Source of the DNA: Clostridia bacterium
Lineage (GTDB): Bacteria > Bacillota > Clostridia > RGIG6154
DNA: 64,000 nucleotides
Assembly: GCA_045648505.1 (NCBI GenBank)
Contig: JAZROD010000032.1
Span: 722 to 64,721, forward strand
Direction: 5' to 3'
Below are positions 8,278 through 19,000 of this stretch, piece by piece (the first letter of the stretch is position 1; each line of letters begins with the position of its first letter). The position numbers and the translations under genes are program-made. The notes beneath the pieces are model-generated. The model had not been told where the DNA came from and did no database searches. It saw only the letters and a program-made list of their open reading frames with translations.

Positions 8278-11200
8278 ATGAAAAAGATGCCATTGAGAAT
8301 TACAGCACTTTTGTTATGTGCATCTCTTATCTTTGCATTGTTTACTTGCGCAAGTGCTCAAGGTGCAACAGAGTATATTACTTTTGATTTAAGAGAAGCA
8401 GGGGCAAATGCGCAGATTTTCGGAACTCAGGCAACAGCCGAGGCGATAGCAACTGCACAGACAGGTGTTTTAACAACAGATAATACAACTGCGGGCTATT
8501 CTTCATATCCATCTAAACAGTTGGATATTGACAGTGGAAGAGGTATAAGAATAGTTCAGGTACTTAATAAAGAAGCTTTTGATGCAAAAAAAGATGTTAA
8601 TGGTCTTATCTATGATAAAACAGGAACAATACCTTTTAAAATCTTAACAGATGAAAATGCATCAAACGGTATTTTAATAGGTACATCTAACGGTAATGAG
8701 CAGGTACTTACACTTAATGCAGAAAAAGAAATGAGTAAGTTGTATATCTATTATACAACCACATCAAATACTACACCTAATATTACCGTAACATATGCAG
8801 ATAACTCAACAGATATTAAGCCTTTTGGGATAAAAGGTGCTGAATGGAACGAAGCTAATATAACAACAGGTTACTGGGGACAAAAGTTTAAACTTTTCTA
8901 CAATATAAACCATTCGTTATCAGATTCAATGTCAATTGCTACAGCTGCTGCTGATGCAGACAGACATCCAAATATTGCGGTTATAGATTTAAACAGTACA
9001 AAGAAAGTGAAAAGTCTTTCATTTAAGCTTTCTGATGGTTGGAGAACTACTGCGGTTATCGGTATAACAGGTCAGGTTGCAACATCAGAAGAAATTAATG
9101 CTTATTACAGAGTACAGATTGATGAATTATTAGCTCAGCTTCCTGCAGATGCAGAAAATATTGATGATACAAATTATATAGCATACGGCAGTATTGTTGA
9201 ACAAATTGAAGCTATAAATGAAGGCAAAAATATACTTTCTGAACAGGAAATGGAGTTTATTGCGTCTATCAAAGAAGCAATCAATGATGTTTTAAATTCT
9301 TATTCACCATATATCACAGTTGATTTTTCACAAAGCTTTAATGCAAAGATATTTGCAGATGGTGGCAGTGCTATAGCAGATTATGACAATCCTTTGATGT
9401 ATATCCCTGCTTATGCAAATGTTTCAGGCACATGGGTTCCTGCAACAAACAGAGCTCTTAACAGACCTGCTTTCAATGCTTTAAAATCAGGTGACGGTAA
9501 CATTTATTCAAACAAAGGAATTCCTTTTGCTGTTAATGTTACAGGCGGTCTTGCGTTTGGCGGAAGATCAAATCCTATGAATGATGAAATAATCAATTTA
9601 AACGGTGTATATGCAGATTCGCTTCACATTATGCTTCCTGCAACTAAAGGCTCAGACGAAAACAGAACATACAAGGCAAAAGTTACTTATGCAGACAATA
9701 CAGAAGAAGAGTTTGCATTAAAATTCAAAGGAATTAATGTTTCTGCGCCAACAGATTGCGACTATCTCGCCGTGCAGAATATGTATATTTATAATGCAAA
9801 TGGTGATGTTGATGGAAATTTAAGATATCTTGAAGTTCTTGAACTTGATACAGACTTTTCAAAGCCTGTAAAGAGCATCACATTTTCAAACACAGACCAA
9901 TACGGCGGTTATGCAGTAATTGGTTTAACAGCAGAAATTGCAGATGAAAACAGTATCAAAGCTGACATCGAAGCAAAAATTGCAAGTGTTATTCAAAAAG
10001 AAATGGCTAAGGCTGAATATGAAATAAATGGTATATACGACCTTGTAAATCATTATGAAGCTAATTTTGAAAATGAAACATTAACAGGCAAAGCAGAATT
10101 TGACGCATATTATATGCAATATGTAAATTCGGTAGCAAGAGTAAACAGTGCAACAAGCTCAACTGACCTTTCAGAAACAAAGGCAGAAATTACTTTTGAA
10201 AACGAAATGAATTCAGCTGACCTTTTAGAAAAAGTAACTGTTACTTTGAATGGTGCCGAAACTAAAGATTACACAGCAACATATGCAAACAAGGTGTTAA
10301 AGATAAGCTTTAAAAACAATCTTGAATATGACAAAAGATATGTTATAACAATTCCAAGCGGAGTTGTAAGCAATGGCGGTATGCAGATGACAAACGCATA
10401 CACATACGCTTTTGATGCAGTTGAACCAATTGGATTTGAAACATATTCAGTTTCTTCAAACAATGTAGCAGTTAAACTTAAAAACTTTACATTGGGTGCA
10501 GGGCAGTCATATTTTATGACTGTTGCTCATATAGCATCAGATGGTTCAGTTAAAAAGAGTTATTTAGTAAAAGGAACTCTTGCGAAAGATGCATTCAAAG
10601 AAAAAACATTTAATTTTGAACCTCTTGCAACAGGGGAAAAATATGTAACATACACTCTTGATTCTGTTTCTGCTTTAAATTCAATTGTTAAAGAAAAGGG
10701 AACAGAACCTGCAGTAACAACAGATGGAACAATTAATGAAAAACTTCTGGTACATCCGGTAGACCTTGCGACTAACTCTGTTAAAATCGAAGGTGTAATG
10801 CCTGGTAAAGATGTTGTAAACATTGTTATTATAAATCCGGGAATGAATATTTCTGCAAACGGAGAATATACAGATGCAGTGCAGAATCAGATATCTGTAA
10901 AAACAGCGGAAAACGGATACTACTGTGCATCATTAAAGCTTAATAACCAGACATCAGGTGTGTTTAATGTTTATGCAGGAGATGAAAATGGTACATTCTT
11001 CTTTGCTTCAGATACAAATAAGAATGATATCATAAGAAATGTATTAAACAGCGGTAATGAAACATTGATAAAAGAGAATCTTGATGATATTTACCAGAAT
11101 TTTGGTCTTGACACATTTGTTCCTGTTACAGTTTCAGATGACGATGTTATGACATCAAAAATTATTGCAGGTGCACCATATAGCGAAAACGATTTCGGCA

Positions 11201-12336
11201 AAGTGCAGAGCGTTATTATGGAAGCTGCGGTGCTTGACCTTTACAATAGCTCTAAAACAGTAAACCTTGCAGATGAAAGCTTAAATCTTCTTTATGATGA
11301 TGTAACAAACTTTTCAAAGCTTGATGCAAAATACAATACAACAATTTACAGTGCATATTTAAAAACTTTGAATAATGCAGGTAAAATGGCAGTAATTGAT
11401 GCAGTGTCTGGCAATAACTTTTCTTCAATGGAAGACCTTGGTAAAGCACTTCTTAAAGCAATATTTACAAAGGCTGTTAATATGACAGACAGAAAAGGCG
11501 TTCTCCATGTTGAAGAAATCTTAACAAAAAATAATGCTGCAGCAATCGGACTTGATTTAAATACTTACTTTGCATCTTCTTATGCAGGCAGAGTAAACAG
11601 TGCAATTTCAGTTGCAGGTGAATATCAGGATGCAGATGCATTGAAGCTTGCAATAGATACCCTGATTACTCAGTATAAAAATGAAACACCTGCAGGAGGC
11701 GGCGGAGGCGGCGGTTCTTCAGGAGGAGGAATCAGCGGCGGTGTTGTTGGTGATGTTACAAACAACAATCCTGTGATTATTCCTGTAGAGAACACAAACA
11801 CAGGATTCAGAGATATTAACGATGCATTATGGGCAGAAAAAGCAATTAATGCTCTTGTAAATGATGGAATTATCTCAGGATATCCTGATAATACATTCAA
11901 GCCAAACAAAAATATTACAAGAGAAGAGATTATAAAAATTATTTGTGTTGCATATGACATTCAGCCTGACAGTAATTATGTTGAAAGATTCAGTGATGCA
12001 AGCTACAGCGAGTGGTATGCACCTTACATAAATGCAGCTTATAAAAACGGCATAACTCTCGGGAAAGAAGATAAATCATTTGGTATTGGAGAAGGTGTTA
12101 CAAGACAAGATTTACTTGTAATGCTTTACAGAATGATTGAAGAAAAAGCTGAAACAGAAACAGAAGAATTTAAGGATTCAGCAGACATTGCTGATTATGC
12201 AAAAGAAGCGGTTATGTACTTTGCATCAAAAGGTTTTGTTTCAGGATATGAAGACGGCAGCTTTAAGCCGCTTAATGTGTGCACAAGAGCAGAAGCTGCG
12301 ATGATAGTCTATAATTGTTTAGGAGGTAATAACTGA
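8278..12336 (+). CDS. Secreted 1352-aa protein B: two copies of the unassigned module, Ig-like domains, poly-Gly linker, C-terminal SLH triad
   Basis: Signal peptide present. The N-terminal ~240 aa is paralogous to protein A. The second module is at 9310-9939. Three SLH repeats lie at about 11805-12333 (FRDINDALWAEKAINALVNDGIISGY, FSDASYSEWYAPYINAAYKNGI, FKDSADIADYAKEAVMYFASKGFVSGY). Confidence 0.85.
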   Translation: MKKMPLRITALLLCASLIFALFTCASAQGATEYITFDLREAGANAQIFGTQATAEAIATAQTGVLTTDNTTAGYSSYPSKQLDIDSGRGIRIVQVLNKEAFDAKKDVNGLIYDKTGTIPFKILTDENASNGILIGTSNGNEQVLTLNAEKEMSKLYIYYTTTSNTTPNITVTYADNSTDIKPFGIKGAEWNEANITTGYWGQKFKLFYNINHSLSDSMSIATAAADADRHPNIAVIDLNSTKKVKSLSFKLSDGWRTTAVIGITGQVATSEEINAYYRVQIDELLAQLPADAENIDDTNYIAYGSIVEQIEAINEGKNILSEQEMEFIASIKEAINDVLNSYSPYITVDFSQSFNAKIFADGGSAIADYDNPLMYIPAYANVSGTWVPATNRALNRPAFNALKSGDGNIYSNKGIPFAVNVTGGLAFGGRSNPMNDEIINLNGVYADSLHIMLPATKGSDENRTYKAKVTYADNTEEEFALKFKGINVSAPTDCDYLAVQNMYIYNANGDVDGNLRYLEVLELDTDFSKPVKSITFSNTDQYGGYAVIGLTAEIADENSIKADIEAKIASVIQKEMAKAEYEINGIYDLVNHYEANFENETLTGKAEFDAYYMQYVNSVARVNSATSSTDLSETKAEITFENEMNSADLLEKVTVTLNGAETKDYTATYANKVLKISFKNNLEYDKRYVITIPSGVVSNGGMQMTNAYTYAFDAVEPIGFETYSVSSNNVAVKLKNFTLGAGQSYFMTVAHIASDGSVKKSYLVKGTLAKDAFKEKTFNFEPLATGEKYVTYTLDSVSALNSIVKEKGTEPAVTTDGTINEKLLVHPVDLATNSVKIEGVMPGKDVVNIVIINPGMNISANGEYTDAVQNQISVKTAENGYYCASLKLNNQTSGVFNVYAGDENGTFFFASDTNKNDIIRNVLNSGNETLIKENLDDIYQNFGLDTFVPVTVSDDDVMTSKIIAGAPYSENDFGKVQSVIMEAAVLDLYNSSKTVNLADESLNLLYDDVTNFSKLDAKYNTTIYSAYLKTLNNAGKMAVIDAVSGNNFSSMEDLGKALLKAIFTKAVNMTDRKGVLHVEEILTKNNAAAIGLDLNTYFASSYAGRVNSAISVAGEYQDADALKLAIDTLITQYKNETPAGGGGGGGSSGGGISGGVVGDVTNNNPVIIPVENTNTGFRDINDALWAEKAINALVNDGIISGYPDNTFKPNKNITREEIIKIICVAYDIQPDSNYVERFSDASYSEWYAPYINAAYKNGITLGKEDKSFGIGEGVTRQDLLVMLYRMIEEKAETETEEFKDSADIADYAKEAVMYFASKGFVSGYEDGSFKPLNVCTRAEAAMIVYNCLGGNN

Positions 12337-15131
12337 TGAAAAGAATAATATGTTTAACTTTAACAATATTGTTTTTGTTAAGTTTATCTGCCTATGCAAG
12401 CAATAGCTATTCAGACTTTGCAACAGGTATGGGCTTTATGGAAAAAGCAGATGATGCACAGGTGACAAGAGGTCAGTTTGCAGAAGTGCTTTGTAAGGCT
12501 TTAGGAATTAATCTTGGAACCGATGCGGATGTGGCAACTGATTGGTACAACGGATTGTTCACAGAGGACAATACCGATACTGTAGTTGATAACAGCGGTT
12601 TTTCTCAGAAGTTTTTAGATGTTCCTTCAACACATACATATTATGAAGCAATAACAAAAATTTCAGACCTTGGTCTTATGATAGGAACTGCAGAAAATAT
12701 GTTTGATCCGGACTCTGTAATTTTAGAGCAAGAAGCTGTTAAAGTGCTTGTTACTATAACAGGTAATTCATATTTTGCTAACACTAAAGGCGGATATCCT
12801 TACGGATACAATCTTGTTGCGGCAACAAACGGTATGTTTGAAGGTTGCACATATAAGGGTGACAGTCCTCTTACAGAGGAAACTCTTGCAGTATTCTTGT
12901 TCAATACTTTGAATATGGATCTTACCGTAAACAATTTTGAGTATGGCAAGGTGGTATTCTCAGTTGCAGAGGGACAAAACATCCTTAAAAGATCCCATAA
13001 TATCTCTTTCGATGAAGGAAGAGTTACTGCTAATGAGTTTACAGCTTTATATTCAATGCCAGAAGCCGGTGAAGATAAAGTTATAATCAACGGCGTAAAA
13101 TACGGTATTAAAGATGCATCATATGTAAGAGATTTTATTGGCTATGACATTGAATTTTATTACAATGCAGAAGATAATGAAATTAAATACGCATACATTG
13201 ACAGTAGCTGCGAAATAGAAAGATTTAATAGCTTTGAAATAGAAAAATTCAAGGATTACAGACTCTATTATTACATAGATGAAGAAAAGTCAGATACAGA
13301 CTATATTGACCTTTCGCGCAATCTTAATGTTATTTACAACGGTACCTATATGAAAGAATATACTGATGATGTATTCAAGTTCCCGTTTGGTGATGTAACT
13401 GTTATTAAGTCACAGTTAGAATCACAGTATGATACAGTTGTAATAAACGATTATGAGCCTTACTATCTTACAGATGTAAAGAGTGACAAAACAGGTATTT
13501 ATGCATCAAAAGTAACAGAAAGTAATGCACAGTTCTTTGATTTAAGCAGAGTTAAAATCAATTGCTACGATGGAGAAAACAAACCTGTTTCTCTTGAAAG
13601 TTTGAAAGCAGGAACTTTAGTTGAGATCGCCAAAGGTGATGACTGTGCAATAATTAAAGCTGCCTCAAAAAAACTTGAGGGTGTAACAATTAAAGCAATT
13701 GAATTTGATGAAAAAATAACCTTCATCACACCTGACGGTGAAACTTATACTGCTTATGATATATGGTATAATGCATCAAAATTTAAACCTGTTGCAGGCG
13801 GTAGCTATTCACTGTATGTTAACTCTTTTGGTTATGTATGTAAAATAGACAGAACCACAGGTGAGCTTACAGCAGATTACCACCTTTATCTCAACGCTGA
13901 ATACGGCAGCAGAGGTGGATTAAACGACAAGAACATCAAGTTGAAGGCAGTAAATAATAAGGGTGCAGTTGTTGTTTATGATATTAATGAAAATGTAAGA
14001 GTTTACAAAGGCAACAGTATAATAAAAGGAAAAAATGCCAAGGAACTTTATGATAAGCTTACAGCTTCAGGAGTTTTAGTTGAAAATACAGCTTTCTTAG
14101 TAACTTTATCTGAAGAAGGAAAGGTAACAAAGCTTGAATTCCCATCATCTGATGATGTAAGAAAGAATATGCTTGGTGTAATGTCTTCTGGTGACAGCGT
14201 TGCATACTTGACATCACCAGAAAATATGTTTGAAAACAGAACGGTTATTTCTCAGGCAAAAGTTGTTTTCAGAATAAATAATAAAGCAACAGATGAAAAC
14301 AAAAAATATGCAACAGTTACATCATCAGAATTTGCAGACGGCAATACATACAAAATGATTGCATATAACAGAAACAGCGATTCTGTTTTGGCTGAATGTG
14401 TTATTGTGTATGCTGATGAGGCAAGTGTAAGTATCAGCCAATATACAAACAAAATTTACATTGTTGAAAAAGTTCTCTCTCAGGTTAACGAAGAAGGAGA
14501 AAGCATCAGCACATTAAATGGTTATGCGGTATCAAGAGATTCAAATTCACTTGAACAGGTTGTTCTCCCTTCATCTGCTGATAATGAATTTGCTACAGTT
14601 AAAGATTTCTTTGGAAATACATACACCCTTAAAAAGGGAGATGTGGTTCTTGTAAGAACCTTTAACGGTATGGCAGACGATGTTTATCTTGTTTACAGAA
14701 GTCAGGATTTAAACAACAATGGAAGTCTTGGTGATTTGGTCGGAACATCAAATGTTTTTGATGCACCAAATGTAAATACAAATCCTTACGGTGTAACAAA
14801 CCAGCTTGCTGCACAAAGTAACAATATGAACAAATATCGCTCAGGCAGTACAAGATTTTTTGCAGGCTATGTAACGGATATTGAAAACAGCAGATATATC
14901 TCTTACACAAATTATCTTGCAAATGCAGAAAAAGACCTTAAAGACAGCAAATATCTTACTGAAACAACAGTACTTCCAAATAATATTGTTGTAATTGAAA
15001 GTAAGCCTTTCACAGTAAGAACAGGCACTTATGCTGATATTAAAACATATAAAAATTACGGTGATGAATGTTCGAGAATTTTAATTAACACAGATTCAGG
15101 ACGAGTAAGACAATTATTAATATTTAACTGA
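12336..15131 (+). CDS. Secreted 931-aa protein C: N-terminal SLH-like repeats plus ~700 aa of unassigned beta-rich sequence
   Basis: Signal peptide MKRIICLTLTILFLLSLSAYA. SLH-like FLDVPSTHTYYEAITKISDLGLMIGT. The ATG overlaps the stop of protein B (TGATG). Confidence 0.75.
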   Translation: MKRIICLTLTILFLLSLSAYASNSYSDFATGMGFMEKADDAQVTRGQFAEVLCKALGINLGTDADVATDWYNGLFTEDNTDTVVDNSGFSQKFLDVPSTHTYYEAITKISDLGLMIGTAENMFDPDSVILEQEAVKVLVTITGNSYFANTKGGYPYGYNLVAATNGMFEGCTYKGDSPLTEETLAVFLFNTLNMDLTVNNFEYGKVVFSVAEGQNILKRSHNISFDEGRVTANEFTALYSMPEAGEDKVIINGVKYGIKDASYVRDFIGYDIEFYYNAEDNEIKYAYIDSSCEIERFNSFEIEKFKDYRLYYYIDEEKSDTDYIDLSRNLNVIYNGTYMKEYTDDVFKFPFGDVTVIKSQLESQYDTVVINDYEPYYLTDVKSDKTGIYASKVTESNAQFFDLSRVKINCYDGENKPVSLESLKAGTLVEIAKGDDCAIIKAASKKLEGVTIKAIEFDEKITFITPDGETYTAYDIWYNASKFKPVAGGSYSLYVNSFGYVCKIDRTTGELTADYHLYLNAEYGSRGGLNDKNIKLKAVNNKGAVVVYDINENVRVYKGNSIIKGKNAKELYDKLTASGVLVENTAFLVTLSEEGKVTKLEFPSSDDVRKNMLGVMSSGDSVAYLTSPENMFENRTVISQAKVVFRINNKATDENKKYATVTSSEFADGNTYKMIAYNRNSDSVLAECVIVYADEASVSISQYTNKIYIVEKVLSQVNEEGESISTLNGYAVSRDSNSLEQVVLPSSADNEFATVKDFFGNTYTLKKGDVVLVRTFNGMADDVYLVYRSQDLNNNGSLGDLVGTSNVFDAPNVNTNPYGVTNQLAAQSNNMNKYRSGSTRFFAGYVTDIENSRYISYTNYLANAEKDLKDSKYLTETTVLPNNIVVIESKPFTVRTGTYADIKTYKNYGDECSRILINTDSGRVRQLLIFN

Positions 15132-15147
15132 TTTTGGAGGTTGACAA

Positions 15148-16053
15148 ATGAGTTTTACAAAGAAGAACCTGTTGCCGGTCATAAAGAATTCTGGGTTTAG
15201 TATGGATGGCTATTATGTCTGGTGCGGTTCAGCGATAAAAGGTGATGATGGTAAATATTATTTATTTGCTTCAAGATGGCCTGAAAATAAAAGCTTTCCG
15301 GATGGTTATATGAGTGAGTCTGAAATTGTACTTGCAACCACAGAAGATTTAGACAAACCATTTAAGTTTGAAAAAGTAATAATAGGTAAAAGGGAAGACA
15401 AATATTGGGATTCCGTTATGGCGCACAACCCAATGATAACAAAAATCGGGGATGAATATGTCTTGTTTTACATAAGCACCATTGATGGTAGTTGTGAAAA
15501 AAGATGTGTTGGATATGCCCGTTCAAAAAGTCTTACCGATGGTTGGGAAAGAGCAGAAAATCATATAGATTTACCTTTGAATTCCAACAACCCATGTTGC
15601 ATTATTGATGATGATAAAGTTCTTATGTATTTCAGAGACGGCAGTCTAAAAGTTTCTGTTGCAAAAGCAGACAGATATGACGGAAGCTATACAGTAATTA
15701 AAACAGATTTATTCCCAAAGGGAATGATAGAAGATATGTTTGTTTATAAAGAAAACGGCAAATATATTATGATTGCAGAAGATGCAGGCGGTGCATACAC
15801 AGGAATAGAAAAATCAGGAGCAAAATTTTTATCTGATGATGGTATTAACTGGGAGCCTGCGGAAGATGTACTTGTGTACGATTTTAATGTAGAGTACACA
15901 GATGGTGAAAAAATCGAGCTTCAAAGACGAGAAAGACCAATGATTCTTTTTGATAAAGAGTATGATTATCTCTTCACAACCGCAAAAACAGGCGGTGAAC
16001 AGAAATTAACAGGTGGCCACACCTGGAATATGGTTCAGAAAGTGGCAAAATAA
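15148..16053 (+). CDS. Leaderless glycoside hydrolase, 5-bladed beta-propeller type (GH43-like clan), family not resolved
   Basis: 301 aa, no signal peptide. Pattern GKYYLFASRW ... AHNPMITKIGDEYVLFY ... KYIMIAEDAGG resembles GH43/GH117-type propellers. RBS GGAGG. Confidence 0.5.
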   Translation: MSFTKKNLLPVIKNSGFSMDGYYVWCGSAIKGDDGKYYLFASRWPENKSFPDGYMSESEIVLATTEDLDKPFKFEKVIIGKREDKYWDSVMAHNPMITKIGDEYVLFYISTIDGSCEKRCVGYARSKSLTDGWERAENHIDLPLNSNNPCCIIDDDKVLMYFRDGSLKVSVAKADRYDGSYTVIKTDLFPKGMIEDMFVYKENGKYIMIAEDAGGAYTGIEKSGAKFLSDDGINWEPAEDVLVYDFNVEYTDGEKIELQRRERPMILFDKEYDYLFTTAKTGGEQKLTGGHTWNMVQKVAK

Positions 16054-16074
16054 ACAAAGAAAGGGGTCGCAACC

Positions 16075-19000
16075 ATGAGAAAATTAACGAGAGTATCAGC
16101 TTTTTTGCTGGTGTTGTTTATGCTCTCTCCTTTTATTGCTAAAGCAGAAACCGGCGTTTGCTATATGCCTGTTGATTTTTCTCAGAGCTTTAATGCTAAA
16201 GTGTTTGCACCTGGCGGAGAAGAAATTTCGGATTTCAGCGACCCCTTAAATTATATCGGAGCATATAAGCAAATTGAAGGAGAATGGACGCCTACTACAG
16301 AAAGAGCCCTTAACAAGACTGGCTTTGATGAAGCAAAGGATGCAAAAGGTCTTATTTATTCTGATTTGAAAATTCCATTTGATGTAAATACAGATGGTGG
16401 TCTTGCTTTTGGCGGAAGGACAAATCCTTTAGAATCCGTAACGGCTGACATTAATTCTTTAGTTGCAGATAAGCTTCATATTTTAATGCCAATAACAAAA
16501 GTCATTGATAAGACAAAAGACTATAATATAACCGTTCTCTATGAAGACGGGACAAAAGATGAAAACACTTTTGAGTTTACAGGGATTACCTACTTAAAAA
16601 CTGAAGGTGGGGTGGCGGTTAATAATTCTTACATAAAGGATGCCGTAGGAACTGTAGACCAGAATATAAGATATTATGATGTAATAAGTGTTGAAACAGA
16701 CATAAACAAAACAATCGATGCAATAAGCTTTTATACTAATGATCGTTACGGCGGATTTGCGGTAATCGGTATAACTGCAGAGTTTCCGCAAAACAGTTTT
16801 GAAAGTTATAAAAGTGTGCTAAATGCAGAGTTTTTGACTGAAAATACTAAAACTACAGAAGATAAAATAACTTTTGCTGAAATATTAGAAAACAGTTATT
16901 TTATAAATGAGAATTACAGACAGAATCTTTCAGGATACACAAACGGAAAATATTTCTTCAGTCCTGCAAATGAAACAGAAAAGGATGTAGATCCATATAC
17001 TTCGCCCCTTTATAACAGCGAATATATGCTTAATTTAGATGTTATAATAAATGAATTATCTGACGATTATGTATTAAAAACAAATTACGCAGAATATGAT
17101 TTAAGTCATCTGAAAAATAAAGACAGAGCAGTATATATAAAAGATAGCTTATGCCTTTATCCTGACAGTAATTACTACAAATCAGTAAATTTTATAGCGT
17201 ATAACAACAAAAGTACAGATATTTCAGATTATCCGGTTGAAATTACTTATGCTGATGGAAGCTATGATATAAAAAATATCACATTGTTACAAGGAAATGG
17301 AAGTCTGCCTGAACATAAAATCAACAAAATGCTTTTTAATACAGGGAAGGTACATGCTGACATTTTATGGGCAAGTATGGGTGAAAGCACTTCAGGACGA
17401 AATGAAATACTTCCTCCCGTAGTGTTTGAACCTACGACCGATGTAAATGGTATGGGATATATTTATGAATACAGTATTACTGTACCTGAAAATAAAAGAG
17501 TAGTTTCTGTAAAGTTTGGTGAAGCAGGGAAGCCCTGTTATCTTTTAGCTGTGACCTGTAACTCGGCAGAAATAAATGAAGAGTTTATTGAAAGAGAACT
17601 GGAAAACATCAGTGATGAGGATATTGAAAATAATTCTGCATACGAGAAGATGTTTTACATCACAGGACTGGCAAACGGTATGAAAATTGCACAGCTCCCA
17701 CAGAAATATTATGAAATTTCAGAAAGACTTGATACTGAATTTCAGGGAGAAATAACCTATAATATTTCAGATTTCAGCTTGATTTCTAAGTATGTGAACC
17801 AAAACAGACAATTACTGGAAAATGGAGCAGATATATGCTTTAATATACTTCCGGGTGAGTATAAAATCACATCAGCTATTGAGATTGATTCCACAAACTG
17901 TGGTAAAGAAGCAGGCAAAGTTATAATTAAAGCAAAAGAGAAAAATACTGTATTTTTAAGTGGAGCAATTGATATAGATAAATCTCTATTTACTCTCGTT
18001 AAAGATACAAATCCAAGAATAAGAGAAGAAAACAGAGATAAAATTTATGTAGCAAAGCTTGATTTACCGATTTCTATTAAAGATAAAACAAGATATATAG
18101 GTTATATAAATTTAATAAAAGACGAAGAAACTTTACCTATTGCATCTTATCCTGATAAGGGATATGCACATTTTGAAAAGATAACTGAAACAGGAGATGG
18201 ATTTTACTATACAGATAATCCGCAGAATGATTGGGGTAGTGCAAAAGATGTTATGGTTGAAGGGTATCTTTCAAATGACTATGGTTATGAAATCACATCA
18301 GGAGAAATTGATAGCAATAACAAAATAATCAGGCTTAAAGATGCGACAGCTTCTGATAAATATAAAAACAGAAGATACAGATTGACAAATATTCTTGAAG
18401 AGCTTGACAGTGCAGATGAATGGTATTTTGATAAAGCAGATTCAAAGCTTTATTATATGCCAAAAACTGTAAAAGACCTTGAAAATCTGCAACTTGCATA
18501 CTATGACGGAAATATCATAAATATTTCAGATGCAGAAAATGTTGTTATAGAAAATATCACATTTAAAAATTCACGTGGTGATGCAATAAGAGTTACAAAC
18601 AGTAACAATATAAACATTAAAGGATGTATGTTTTACAATCTTTCTGTTTGGTCAACTTATGTAACAAATAGCACAAATGCTGTTTTTGAAGAAAATGTTG
18701 TAAGAAACACTGCGGCAGGTATAACTATTGCAGGTGGGGATTATGAAAACCTGATTCCATCAGGCAATGTTATCAAAAACAATTTGATGTATAATATTGG
18801 TTGGTATTGCGGATATGGAAGAAACTTACCAATCGTATTAAATGATGTGGGCGGTAAGGTTATAAATAATACTGCATATAATCTTCCTTTTCACGCAATC
18901 AATTATTTCGGAAACGACAATTTAATTGCATATAACGAGCTTTATGACCTTTGCAACGAAACAAATGATGTTGCTGCTATTTATTCAAACGGTAAATATT

